63,118 nt of DNA, filler included, from Choristocarpus tenellus KU-1152 (GCA_964200185.2; 12 parts of 12 records of this genome joined end to end with filler, not necessarily neighbours in it); one strand, 5' to 3'. Positions 1 to 13,407 are shown, counted from the first letter of the whole stretch. Notes: a model not told the origin generated them from the letters alone. Numbers and translations are program-made.

Positions 1-484
1 GTGGGGGGTTGGGTTAGGGGGGTTAGGAGGGTTTGGGGGGGGAGGGGTTGGAATTGATGGTTCTTGAGGGACAGGAGAAAATAAAGTTACGTATCCTGAG
101 TCCTATTGCAAATGATCCCCACCCTTCATAGCAAGGAGATGTTGGTGTCATGGTAAGTGCTATTGTGCACAGTGCTAAAAACAAAGTAGGGATATAAATG
201 TTCATATTGATTCCACCTACACAACCGAGAAAGGATTATCCAATTCAAACAGAACAATTTTCTTGAGTTGGGATGGCACACAGCTGAATATAGCCCCTAT
301 CCAATTGTGGGAGATAATGAGGACAGTAGGATTGTGTTGTCCTTGGCTACTGTCAAAACTAAGTGTGTCAAGGAGGGATTGTGAGACCTACTCATGGAGA
401 GTGTATTGCATAGTATGGTGAAGACGTATGTAAGGGGTTGGAAGTTGAACCTATTTGGAGCAAAGATGAAAAAACTGCACACAC

Positions 485-2860
485 CTTCTCAGCCTCCACC
501 TGTGCACGAGCAGCAAGGGAGTCTTCCTCATTTTTCAACGCACCAGCCACCTGTGAGTCACGGCACTGTATGGCATGACCAGCATTTTCAAGGACTAGAG
601 TGGTACGAATCTGGACGCGTGACCTCTGCAGAATGCTGATCGCTGGGAAACCACCACCACCATTGACATTAGTGCCAACATTGCCACCATCCCATTCACC
701 ACTGCCCCCTGCCCCGCCCGTCTCCACATTATCATCACTTCCCTTAATCACACCTCCCCCACCACAGTCATGTACAAAACAATGTTCCACTGAGCCCTCG
801 TTGCCAATATGTACCCCAAAAGTTTCACTGCCTCTGATTGTACAGTCAGTAATCAAGCAGGACCCCTGTTCAATGTTCAGCCCTGACTGAGAGCATGTCA
901 CCATGCATCCATCCATTTCACAGTGTGAGTCTTCACCTAACTGGTACACTGTTCCACGATATCCCGATCCCTGTTCAAGGGTCAAGTTTGCCAGGCGAAC
1001 GCGGACTCCCTCAGCCCCTTCCCCATTCCTGTCCCTACCTGATCCTCCGAACAGCCCAATGAGGTAGTGCTCTTTGCATCCAAAATAATTATGGATAACG
1101 CAATCCTGGGCTGCTCCAGCCCCAATGATTTCCACACTACACAGAAGATGCTGAAGTCCCCATGATGAAGCATTGTACCGACCTGGAGTGAGAAGCACAA
1201 CGTCTCCTGGATGAAGGGATGCACTCAACTCACCTTTTTCACTATGGGAGTAGTACGCCCAGAGGCGACCCCTGCTTTGAGGGCGACCAGCACGCTCCTT
1301 TCTCGCAGCCAGGAGTGCTGGTGCAGAGTTAGACAGATTTGGCCCAGTCTGATCAAGGTCCACCATGCAGCTGGCAGAATCAACCAGTACATGGACTGTG
1401 AAGCCCTCAGGACGACCAACGTATGTTGACGTCGCTGGAGGGAGGACGCCCCCTGCACCAGCTGGGCTCCGACCGTAGAACATAGCAGTCACAGATTTTC
1501 GTGGGCCTGGGGCACTTAGTGTTGGTGGTCTGGTTGGCATAGAAGACACAGTTGGAAGAAAAGAAGGCGTAACCACAATGGTCTCTGCTGACGTTTCCAT
1601 CAACTCTGTAGTGTCGGCCCTAGTGCCCCTGTTCTCCCGTGGCAATGAGTTGACCTTGTGCCCTCCTGACATGTGCTGATGCAGTTTTGTCAATGGTGGT
1701 GGCAGTGGGGGTGGCGCCTCATGTCTTTCACCAGAGTCTAGGCTCTCTCTTTGCCTAAGACCAAGCCGCCCTCTCTCAAGAGTATGCCCTTCCTCTCTCT
1801 CCCATTGCTGCACCCCATGAAAACCCCTCCCTCTCCTGTGCTGCTTCCTTGTCTCCTTGCTCACCGCAACAGGGCTCTCCCGCAGCTCTCTCATCGCTTC
1901 TGCGCCGTTCTGTGTGCTTCCACGTGGGTGGTAGTAGGTCTCACGCCGGGGGGCTGCCCTATCCTGCTCACCCCACCAAACCTCGATGTCAGTGGAGCAG
2001 GTATTGCGGGATGTGTCGCTCGACCCATCCGTCTGTCTTCGACCCCCTTGACCTTCTGGAGCAGTAATCACTTCATCAGATCGGGTGGGAGCTCCTTCCC
2101 CACGCATTGAGGCATGTTGTGACACTATACTTGAGGGAGGCCATCGCTTCCCGACTGGAACAAAACGGGAAGAAAAGTTGGGGATGTTGGAGGGGGCACG
2201 ATCGATACTCCGACCTTGGTCGTGATAGTGAATCACAAGGCCAGACCCATCATTCGNNNNNNNNNNATTCGACTCCTGCTGCGTGGGAAGGTCACTCATG
2301 AGGGACTTCCGTCGCCATGGCTTCACGTGATCAGGATAACCCTCACCAGTTGATGTAATCTCGTGGTAAGTCCGATCATTACTGATCCCTCTTGGCATAC
2401 TTAATCGCTCCATCTGGGGCGGGGGTGATGCTGGAGATGAACGCATCGCCTGCAGTTTCTGCATTAGCAATGGGGACATTTGTGCTGGGGGAGAAATTGC
2501 AGGGGTCGATTGTCTCGCACCCTTGCCAACATCCAGGGAGAGTTTGGGCTTTGGTGCATCGGCATTATTGGAGTTCGAGTGGTGGCTTGATATTGCAGGG
2601 TTGTGTTTGGCGCCGCTTCTTCGAGAATCTGAAGTTTCTGATAGCCGGGATAGTCGAGCCTTTTCCAATTTAGCACAGACTACCCTATGCTTACTCCACC
2701 CTGCCTTCTGGCATTCCATGCCACAGTAGCTAACCCCCCTGCAGCGAGCACAGAGCTTCAAGCGAAGTCCAACACTGGGTTCATCTGTCTTGCCACAGAC
2801 TTCACAATGCAGAACGCGATCTCCTCCCCGACCTCGTGGGGCCTTCTTGGTTGAAGACAT
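485..2860 (-). CDS. Large first exon of a zf-MYND zinc-finger + right-handed beta-helix (pectin-lyase-like/FBXO11-like) protein; 3' exons not seen
   Basis: Part of ORF 392..3070. The probable start is MSSTKKAPRG (ATG at 2860). It contains the MYND motif CEVC..CARCRGVSYCGMECQKAGWSKHRVVC, a long low-complexity linker, then beta-helix-type repeats (PGDVVLLTPGRY, VEIIGAG, VRLANLTL, CEMDGCMV, CLITDCTIRGSETFGVHI). A donor AAG|GTGTGT lies at 485/484. A 10-N gap sits at 2257-2266. Confidence 0.8.
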
Positions 2861-3319
2861 GGACTTGTGGGTCATTAAACAACGAAGGCAAACTCTCCCA
2901 AACTCTTGTGGTGGTCTGACCTTTGGACCTTTATGAAACGAGTTTTGGTTTGTTCGCAATACAAAACCAACACAGAACGAATGAAGAAAACGTTTATTGA
3001 AATACAACATATAAAACAACGTATTCAACAAGAATACTGATAAAACATAATTACAGAACACAACACACACACATACAATAAATACTCAACGCAACAATGT
3101 AGGGAACACGCTTCACCTTCATCGCTTGTTTTGTTCCTCTCTCAACAGAGTGTTCTTTCCGCTTGTATTAAGGACAGAAGAGCAAGCCACCCACCCTCCT
3201 TTCAGTGCATGACTACCAAGTGTTGGTTGTGAGCAAGGAGTTGGAAGGTGGGAGGGACAACATCAAGAGTCTTCGATAGTGAATGACAGTGGAGGAAACA
3301 GCAAAACGGTTAGGAGGTC
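2861..3319. promoter_or_regulatory. Probable bidirectional promoter between the MYND gene and the VTI1-like gene
   Basis: Two divergent ATGs (2860 on -, 3320 on +) are about 460 nt apart. No specific motif was assigned. Confidence 0.5.
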
Positions 3320-6119
3320 ATGTCATCCATCTTTGATCAATATAACGACGAGTTCGCTGCCAAGACGCAGAAGATATCAAATTTGATTAGTCATGTAACT
3401 AGCTATGAGACCAATCCAGGTAAGCCCGTTAATAGACGTAGAAATGGGTGGGGGTGGGGGTGGTAGGACAGTTTGGTGTCTTTGATGAACAGAACTCTAC
3501 CTTGCGTTCCTGTCACATATGCCGTCTAGTTTCGTCTTCTCCTTTGGAATTGAATCACTCACTTCAATCCTCATTCCCTGCTCATCTTCAAAGTAAAAAA
3601 AATGGTGCTGCTGCGGGAGGCAGAGAAGCTTCTCGCGGAAGCAGGAGAGGACCTCAAATTGATGGGTATAGAGGCACGTGGAACGCGGGATCCATCGGTG
3701 AAGGAGGAGCTGACAGGGTAAGGAAATGCCAGGTTTAAATGTGAGGTCTCATCTCTCAAATGAGTCGCACAATGTTGTAGTTTTTCTAGTAGCACGATTT
3801 CTCTCCCTCAAGAGCAAAACAGTGGTTCAACGAGGTGCTGAGTATTTAAGCGTTTTGATGGGGATTACCCCTCTTTGCCCTGCATGGACAGGAAGATGTC
3901 GAGTTACAAGAGAACATTGACGTCCCTTAGAGGGGACTACCAACAAACATTGGACAGGGAGGAGCGTGAAGGACTTCTGGGGGGCAGTGGTGAGGTGAGT
4001 TGAACCTTACCTCCATGCCAATTCGCACCAGTATCGCGATCTCGTGTTTGATCGGATGCACTACTTCATGCGTGGTAAGAACGCTGTTTTCATTGCTGCC
4101 TCCAAAATTTTGGCGGTGATTTATTCATAAGGGTTCGGGGTTCCTTGCAAAACTCGAGTACTGCATTGTCCCAAACTATCGTCTGTTTTCACTCGCTTAC
4201 TTGAGTCTGCTAGTGACCAACAAATTGTCTGCTCAAAATGGCCTAAGTTAGTTGTCGCTTGTGTGTTCCATTTGCCAAAGCATTGAACTTTTGCTTTTGG
4301 TTCAGTAGTGCTCTGTGGCATCGTGAGCTTCGTCTATAGCACCCTACCTCACTTCTGTTGAGGCTTTTCTTACCTCGTACAGAGAACAGGAAGAGAGAGA
4401 TATACTAGAAGGTATCCCCCAGCTTCAACTTCTCATGGAGACGTGCAAGTATGAAGTATGCCAGAAGAGTGACAAATAGTTTGATGAAGGAGTTAAACTA
4501 TACTCCCAGACTTTGTGCACACTGGTAGCGATGACAAATATATCGCATTTTTTTGGAAAAATAGAAAGTGTCAGGTGTTGAAATATTCCACACTGGACCT
4601 GAGGACACGCGCCTTGGTAGAGGACAATAAATGGCTTGGTGTAAATAAACAATATTAATGCTACAAAGGGCTTATGGTCTCAATTCCACTGACTGAACTT
4701 GTGGGATGGGACAGGTGTAGACTACCATGTGGGATTTGCAACGTCCATATGGATAATCAGAAAATAATACTATCTACGTATCACATGTACCATGTATGGT
4801 ATATCAATTGAAAATCTAATATCAGGTCCCTACAATACATGAACCTTGGGTAGAGCTCAACTGAAATATATGGAAACACGTATCTGGCTCGACCTTTCCT
4901 AATCTACTCCACTGGTGGTGTCTATAGTGTATCAGCAGCACTATCCATGAACATCAGGTGTACTGCTTTCATATCATTTAATGTTCAATGTTGCTTTTAA
5001 GCAGAATATCAGACCCAGATTTTTACTGGCAGTACCTTGTTCTGGGGCTAGTAGACAAAGATTCCATGGTGTGCATACAAAAACAGCATCCACAAGCATT
5101 TCTTACAGCAGAGGTGCGTTGCAATGACTATCCAAGGAGCTGGGGAATATGTTATTCTATTTATCAATCAATACTTATTCACCTCACTTTTGTGTGACCT
5201 CAAGAATTCCATTTTGTGTAATCAAGTGTGATAGGTACACTTGCGAATTATGTTTGAATTGCTGTGGGGAAAGAGAAAGTACTCTCAGAACGCCCTCAAG
5301 ACCAAGTTTGTTGATCCCTTGTCTTTTTGCATCCAAGTCGTAAGAAAGAAGCTCAAGCTATATAGACCAAATCATAACGAGCATGTGCAACAAGGACATG
5401 GCCATCAATTCTGAGAGTAATTGACACTCTCAAATGCTTTCTTACTTGATCAACCTTTCTCTATTTCTGCTGATGTTGGTGCATTTGTAACAAGGACATG
5501 GCCATCAATTCTGAGAGTAATTGCCTCTCTCAAATGCTTTCTTACTTGATCAACCTTTCTCTATTTCTGCTGATGTTGGTGCATTTGGAACTCGATATCC
5601 ACAAGAAATTTATCCTGTGATACGAAAATGATTACAGGCACAGTCAATGCCTACTTTTCACTACTTCAGAGTAGAAAAGACTGGTGACGAGTCCCCTTTG
5701 ATCAATATCCCTCTTCTTTAAACTTCAGTTGGAGGATGACGCCTTCCATATCAGCAATTCCACTTTGTCCTGCGAATCGTAACCTATCTGATCAACAGCT
5801 GAAATTGTCCAGCACCGGTTTTCACAGGGGGGGCATATTCAGGAGCAGCGGGACCGCTTATTGAAGACAACAGATCGCCTTGATGAGCAGACACAGCGGA
5901 TACAGGACAGTAGACGGACAGTATTGGAAATAGAAGAAGTGGGTGAGTTCATATTCTTTAACCCATAGTAGCTACTTTAAAACGATAATATGGGGGGGGG
6001 GGGGGGGGGGGGGCGACTGGGAGGGGGTCTGTTATGGGGGTGGGTTCATAGAAGGGGGGGGGGGCCCAAACACACCACCCGATGTGGGTGNNNNNNNNNN
6101 GGGCGGGGGGGGAGGGGCG

Positions 6120-6158
<39 letters not shown>

Positions 6159-8410
6159 ACAGGTAGCTGGTCCTTTCTAGGGTTACATGACTTCAATGAA
6201 GAGGAGCTACGAAAACACTCCGTCAATGGTGATTTGTTGATTTTCTGGGGACAAGCGAATGATGGATATATACCTTTTGTGAGATAAGGTAAAGGGTCTC
6301 GGTCTTGTGGTGCATCTGATACAGCTGAAGTGAACTAGCTGGAAGGGCCCTTTTTCTCACTTTCAGTCGAAGGGGTGTAGTGCGCAGGGACTTTTTATTT
6401 TGTCCTAGCGTCTGTTGTATCCCTCAGGAGAGAGCACGTTGTCCCTTTGTAAAGCTGAAGCATGGTGCCTCGCATGGTGCAGTTGCGACGGCCCATTATT
6501 TGAGAAAAAACGTAGCACAGGGTATGAAATAAATCGCTATTTCGAGAAGTGTTGTGAACTGCAACAGTTTCAACCAATTGAGAATAGTGGATTAACTGAA
6601 CTGAAAAATTTCGTTTGTTCCGCTATTGATACCTTTTCAACAGAAGATGGGCAAGGGTGTGACCTAAAGTGTCGGATGTCAGAGAAGTAGACTGCCTAGT
6701 GCAGTGGTCACAAGGTGTCCCTACTCACAACCCACTACACATTGATGTCTTCGGATCTGCCTGGTACCAAGCACAAAAATTTCGCGCATCTGGAGGCACT
6801 CCACTTGAGCTAGGGATTTTTTCGTCTCGCAGAGTCACACATCACCTTGAACACCGCCAGTCCAATTGAATAAATAAAATTAGTTCTATTTGGATTTTTA
6901 TTTCAACCCTAAATTCTGTAACACTGGTGTTGAGCGAGAGACTTTCTTGTTGACTTCCAGTGTGTCTATTTCAGTTTGACCCTGTTATGGTTGCGATATA
7001 ATCCTCTTTCTCTAATATATCTCAATTGTCCAACCACTACGATGTTCCCAGTCCTTGGAGTAATAGTGTATTGCCATTATGAGTATGACTATGACTGTAT
7101 ACTACACCGATCCTTCTTTTTTTTATGCCCACCCCCCACCGGTGTTTTATCTTTTATTGTTGCATGATAAGCATGCAAGTCGTCCAATCACACGTGCCCA
7201 TGATTGTGCGCACGCCTCTTTTTTTTGTTCACCTATTCCCATTGATACAGTTTTTGTTGCTTTTCGCTCTTTTTGCACAGAGGGGATGTCTTGGGCTAAT
7301 GTTTTTTTGTTTAACGCTCATCTCTAATCCGTTTTATCCGTTCTCTCTTTGCCCTTCTCCTTCTTCTTCCCCTTACCCCCAACTTAAATCCCCTGCCCAA
7401 TGCGACTCCTTGCGATCTCATCTTGTAACCTCTCATCAAGCCATGGAAATAACGTCAGAGCTGGGACGAAATCGAGAAAAGATCACTGGGGTGCACGATA
7501 AGGTGAGGATTGAAAGTGAAAGGTGAATACTCCACTCGTCAATGAGGTGGTATGGTAGTTGATGTAGGAGAATTGAGAAAGCAGGGGGGTTAGATGTTCC
7601 CGTGCCTTGTTATCATGCAAGTCGTAGATCCTTACAGGAAGGAAAGTTTTTGTGTGTGTTTGTGTGATTACTTACTGTAACTCTCTTTTTGCCTCTTGAT
7701 AGAAGTCAAATCTTTTGTGTGTGTGTCATGACCAAGGTGATTCAAGCGGTTGACTGCATTGCCTCGTGCACCTTTCATCTACATAGACAAGATGCATGCC
7801 AGCTTCTTCTGAATATTAGAAAAAATGTACCTGTCAGGGGCGTTCTTTTTTGTAAGATCAATATGGGGAAACGGTTACATTCAACTGTATCTCCATCAGG
7901 CGTTTTTGCCATGGTACAGAATACGCTTAAGCTCTCCCACCTCCAGAAACAAGGTTTGCTCAAATGAGTCCGACGATTTAAATAACAGAAACAAAAAAGC
8001 GCCATACGTGGGTGCTGTATGTATCTCTACCTTTTCCTATTGAGGGTCTTACACCTCTATCTGTTCGCCCTCTTACAAGGCCCGTGCCATCATATAGGGT
8101 CTAGAAGGTGCAGCTGTGCAAAAATGCTCCTGGTCGTCTCAACGTGACACGAGAGACCTTTCCATTGATGCAAGTACTACCCTTGCACCACTTGCCCTAG
8201 CCCTGCATCTTGACCTCACTCAACACACACATATAGAGGGGCCTTGCGACTACTGTTTTATGATACGATACAGGCACGCGCGCTTTTTTCTCTTATTATT
8301 TTTTTTCTTTTTGTTGTGTGCTTCGGTAGGTCAAACAAACAACGTCCGCCATAGATGAGGCCAAGACTGTGCTCGACAAGATGGGGGGCTGGTTCCGGAA
8401 GTTGTCGTGA
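3320..8410 (+). CDS. VTI1: VTI1-like Qb-SNARE (vesicle transport v-SNARE), 6 exons, 194 aa
   Basis: Phase-consistent GT-AG exons 3320-3419, 3594-3717, 3892-3994, 5828-5942, 7441-7502 and 8330-8410 total 585 nt. Translation: MSSIFDQYNDEF..LREAEKLLAEAGEDLKLMGIEARG..MSSYKRTLTSLRGDY..EREGLLG..QRDRLLKTTDRLDEQTQRIQDSRRTVLEIEEVAMEITSELGRNREKITGVHDKVKQTTSAIDEAKTVLDKMGGWFRKLS*. This matches the VTI1 Habc domain plus Qb SNARE motif. Confidence 0.9.
5389..5587 (+). repeat. Tandem duplication, 100-nt unit x2, in VTI1 intron 3
   Basis: aacaaggacatggccatcaattctgagag...gcatttg occurs at 5389 and 5489, near-identical. Confidence 0.9.
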
Positions 8411-11212
8411 TTAGACGCATGAACCGTTTATTTTTATTTGCGAAGCTAGCAGATTTTTTTTCTATTTCTGAAGGGAAAATGCATATTATACCTCGGGGTG
8501 GGGAGGGGAAAGTAGGCAGTGGTACAATAGACGAGCTGTTGATGAGGGCAAAAGCAATAGAGGATTGGGACTGAGTGGAGAGTAAGGACGTGCAATCCAT
8601 GCTGTGACTGCAATTGGATCTCGTATCAGGGGTAGTTCGATCACCCTTCCACTTCATGGAGGGATAGATTCTCCTCTCTCATCTGTTCACAATAAAATTT
8701 AGAGATGATTAGGGTCAGGGTGGTTTATATGTGATTTTGCTCTCGTTCATTGTCAATTCATCCCCAACCGTGACGGTGATAAAATAAAATCACACCTTTT
8801 GTGTTCGGCAGTGTATTGCCCTTAAGAGATGTTCCTGAAGGTATGGTAAGCACTATGTATGTATGGTGCAAGGCCTTTTCTGGCCATTATTTAATATATT
8901 TTGGTTCAGACTGTTTAGAAACAACTCAAAAGTGTGTATTGGAGTGAGACTTTGTGCCTCAATACCTGGCAACCTTAATCACACAAGTGTTTGTGTTTCC
9001 CTTGCTGGAGCTCTGTTTTATTTTGGTGTATATTGTTCAGTACAAATAGCTCTTTTCCTTTCTGTATGTGCAATGTCTTCCGAGTCAACCTGCTCTGGTT
9101 TGCTTACATCCCTGTGCAATATATGCATGTGGAAACACAGAACAAGTATATTTCTTGATTAATTAATAGATTATGTACTGTGTCCTCTAGGAGTGTCTTA
9201 TAGAATCAGTGAAATACCTGACCATGCCACACACCACGAATCTTATTCCTCGTGGCTGGTCAGTCTGTCTGTCATGCTGGAGCTGTCAGCACCCTTGTGC
9301 TGATGTACCATACAACGGCCACCCACAACGTCTGTTTTACAGTAGCATTTGATTTATTTAAATATTCGTTTCAACGCGATGAGCCTGTTATCAGGAATGA
9401 GAGGCATCGTTTTATTTTCACTACATTTGATGCCAGCAAAGATACTGAACATTTTGGGGAGACTTGAAGGTCTCATTCCCGGTCCTGATCTTCCTCGGAG
9501 AGTAAGCAAGACCACTCCATACTTCCCTAGATGCAATGTTATATTGCAGTAACCTATATCCCTTGCACTTCATGACATTCTTTTGGGGTGTCGACATCCA
9601 TTTTTCCTACTTCTCTGGGGCCCTGGTCACCTTCCTGCCCTTCCACCCTCCCCTTCACAATATGGCATGTCTCTCCACTTGTCTCCTGTAGCAGACTCCC
9701 TTGAGTGCAGAACTACCAGACAACACACTGATGATGCCACACCAAAGCGAAAGATTTGTTGGTGTTGTTGAAGTACCTTGCTTGTCTCCCTGAGGTAGTG
9801 GACAGTGAGTGCCGACTGATCCCAGCAGATGCATTGAGGTAACTTGTTGTAGCTCTACTGTAGCTCTACTGTATATCCCGTTGGTGGTGTGGTTTGCTTT
9901 TGGGGGTTGCAAGAACAGGGTTTGTTCTTGATTTTGGTTCGACTTGCCACAGTTCCGGGAAAGCTCTCACCTCAGTCCTAATGCAAACCCCTACAAGAGT
10001 ATATGATGAGCATTCCTGTCCGACTGTTCACCATCGTAGATACCTCGCCTCCCCACCCCCATTTTGCTGATCGGACAATGTTCTGAACTTCTGCAATCTG
10101 TACCAGGTGCGGGAGGTGTCAGGGATGACTGCAAGTGCACGACGCCTAGTCCACTCCATGAACAAGAGGGAGGTCCAGCAGAAATTCGTTCTGTATGGTA
10201 TAGCACTGCTCCTCGTAGTGGGAGTCTGTGTGGCTGTGTACTTGGCAGTCCAGTGATAATTCTATACCTGAAGGTAAAATCTTGTTTCTACATTACGTTG
10301 CTGCAGAGCTCGATGATCCAGTAGTTTTTAGGAGTTCTTGCCTGACTTACATCTGATGGGGAGTATGATGCAAGGGCCCAATTGAGATCAGTCCCTGAAT
10401 CATCCAAAAAAACAAATTGCAAACTTGACCTCTCCCCTTCCCCACCCTATCCCTCAAACCATGTTTTGCACCTTTTTGTACAGGGTGGGGGTATGACTAC
10501 TAACAGTACAGGACTTGAGGGAGGGAAGCACCAATAATGTGCTCTGGTCAGCCTGTATCCCTTGAGGCAAGGCTATCACCACCTTCCCATCCTTGGTTCC
10601 ATGAATTTTTTTTGTTGCAGAGTTTGTAATGTGTACGAATGTTTTGCACTCAAAACAGACCTAGCCTGGCAAGTGGTGCTGTTGGATTTGCTGTGTGCAC
10701 CTGATTCACAAACACCCTGTTGTCTCAATACCCTTCACCTTTTTGCTTTATTGAACTATAAACTATAAATAAATCATAATAAAGTATATATACTTTTTCT
10801 GCTAACAAGAGGGATTTGCATGCCGACAAAACATTTCTGATGGTATGGAATCATCACATCAATATATGCACCCCAGTGTTTTTGTTGGAGGCCTTAGATA
10901 TTCCTATTCCACTGTAGATACATCTGATGAAAATGGTCAGAATTACACCCCAGAGTCATAACCATACCCTTTAAGAATGGCTACGTGGGAGAGAGAGCAT
11001 CTGCTTATCGTTCAAAATGAGCTAAACATACTGGCAGACGAAAGCTACCAATAAAACTTAACTAAGGGTTTGCATGCATAGCTGGCCCCAAAGCACACCA
11101 ACACATCAAACAGTGCTTCGTGGTTAGTGTATCATCCTGTACAAGTACTGTAAATGTATACATACTGGGGCAGACTTTCAGCCATAAGGCTACTGGACAT
11201 GCATCACCAAAA

Positions 11213-11367
11213 AACAGCCGATTTCAAAAATTGAGGATGGAGCTTTTCATCAAGGATGGGCTGGTTTGTAATACAAAAAAAAACATATCGACACTTTATC
11301 CCAGTCAATTAGAGAAAAGAACATCCTTCATGAAAAGATGGATATTCAATTTTTGAAATCGACTGTT
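11213..11367. mobile_element. Foldback/MITE-like element (family C) with ~48-bp imperfect TIRs
   Basis: The left arm aacagccgatttcaaaaattgaggatggagcttttcatcaaggatg pairs with the reverse complement of the right arm, aacagtcgatttcaaaaattgaatatccatcttttcatgaaggatg. Related ends occur at ~31989-32054 and 59971-60035. Confidence 0.65.
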
Positions 11368-12211
11368 AAAAGCACAAATAGAAGTGTGTTCAGAGTTGGA
11401 GGGTATTTCTACCACGAAATGTTTCAGTATTATTATGTAGATCCTATATGATAAAGACTGGCAGTCACCTGAACAATTGAAACAACATTGGTCAGGGCTG
11501 GTAGAAAAGGATGCAACCGAGCTGGACAAACACACAAACACAGAGATGAGCACCAAGGGATTAATCAATATCTACATGTTAGGCAAGGCAAAACTAACTA
11601 GAGGTTGATCATGGAAAGAAACATCAGCTTCACAAATATCTGACCACCTCCATATTCTCTGTACTGATTCAAATTCAAATAATACACTTCTGCTGGCACT
11701 TTATGATTTCAAACTAACAATCTTGCTCCCAAGAATACCAAGGGCATTACCCTAATCAAAAGATGAGTTGCCCATTCTCACCGGATATACAGGCATTTAT
11801 AAGCATTTGCTAGCATATTTCCATCCTCACCGAGCTAGTCAGGGTTGCAAACATGGTAATGACTCTTCCTGTTCGCAACCACTAAAGTGACGACCCCTCT
11901 CTCACTACAACATAGTACTTCAAGAATATACATGCAAAACATATCATTCTCAAGGGAGTGATACTTGAAAGGCACTAAACCTCACAAAAATCAACCAGCT
12001 GTGTAGTCTGTATGATGGGGAAGAGTTGTTTCCAAACGTCATGTCCACTCAAGACTTCAATCAGTTTGCACTTTTATGAACTACGAGAAACGTATTGGCT
12101 CTATCTGGGAGTCTTTCGTTTTCTCTTGCTTACATGATACAGTAGTAGAGTCCTCAATAAAGGAATACCTCTCGCATAGCAGTGCTGGAAAAAACATAGG
12201 GAAATGAAAAG

Positions 12212-13407
12212 TCAGTGTGCGAGGAGATTTCCTCGTAAATGGTTGCCTTCACCTTCATCCCCAGTGTTGACATGGATGCTTGGGACATCCCTTTTTTTTT
12301 CCAAACTTTTTGTCTCTTCGCTTTTCCTCCCACGCTTCTTGCCTTCGTCCCCAGCACCTTCTACCATCAACCCTGCTATCTCCTCTTCACTGAATCCATG
12401 CCTTGGAAGCTCTCGACCCAGGGTATTCTGTGCAATTATCCGTATGGGGAGGAATGCGTTTGGAGTACTGGTCAAATCAATTTTGAACAGTAACAATGCA
12501 TAATTATCTCGATTGGCAACTAACGTTTTGCGCAAATTTATACTATCGAGGGGCCATGCGATGTATGTATGGGGCAAGAAACACTTTACTGCAGTGTCTA
12601 CTAACAGTGAAACGGCAGGAAATTATCCATCAAAATCATAAAAACAGCAACAAAACGGTAGTGCTTCTGTCACCTCCTGATTTAAATATGATACAAGCTC
12701 AAGGCAATACGGCCGCGCAGAGATCCATTCCAAAAGGCTGTGATGGCTTGGAAGTTCAATTTAGCGAGGGCAGGCATTTCACGTATGCATATGCATTATC
12801 TTATTTATGTTCACTATGCACAACAACAAATTCTTCAGCCCACACTACCCCAAACACTATTCCCGTCCGACCACCCTCGCACACAATTTCCCTTGAATAT
12901 TGCCGCTCTCACATGTATACATTCTTCGGTCATGGTATACTCTTGGGAGCAAGGTTGTAGTCTTTGGACGCGTGCTTCCAAGATACTAACTTCTTGATTG
13001 CAGATCCAATATTTTCGCAGTGTTTCGAGACACTCAAGGTCCACAGAAACCAAGACCCTCTCAACTGCAGACGTACAAACTCTCAACTCCGTCACTGGTC
13101 GGTGGTTGCATAAGACCTTGGTGAAGGGAGCAGTCTTGATCCTTATGGTGAGCATTGTGTCAGTTGGGAGAGGAGGGTTAGAGAACACGCTTTCCTCTTA
13201 TTCACCAGGAGTCACGCAAGAAAGGACAGACTGACCTCTGGGAATATGCGGACCCATGTAAGTACGAGTCGCTGCTCAAGTATGTCCCACCAAAGAAGAG
13301 GAGAACTCCTCCCAATAGAAGTATTTTTAACCTCTCGAAGCAGTTCATCGATAGCAGTGTGTCGTGTTGTGGAGCTATCCTTGAGTCCATAGGCTAATCT
13401 TCTCAAC
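12212..13407 (-). CDS. Internal/3' exons of an unidentified protein
   Basis: Three phase-consistent exons with canonical splice sites: 13407-13236 (LRRLAYGLKD..WVRIFPE), 13116-12991 (VLCNHRP..YWICNQE) and 12427-12212 (NTLGRELPRHGFSEEEIAGLM..). No family recognised. Confidence 0.5.

Noticed and set aside
2861-3070. N-terminal 70 aa of the 892-aa ORF
   Set aside because: It starts at a non-ATG codon in AT-rich UTR-like sequence. The true start is more likely ATG 2875 or 2860.
5943-6287. Gly/Pro-rich ORFs here and at 16050-16150 and 23583-23660
   Set aside because: They are translations of poly-G/poly-C tracts beside N gaps, in introns or at contig ends, and are low-quality sequence.
9600-10270. 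Possible further minus-strand exons
   Set aside because: All frames from the candidate acceptor hit stops before a donor, and no product was recognisable.
13380-13407. LRRLAYG resembling the Harbinger transposase 'LR.LAYG' motif
   Set aside because: The following sequence lacks the rest of the transposase pattern and behaves like an ordinary spliced exon.
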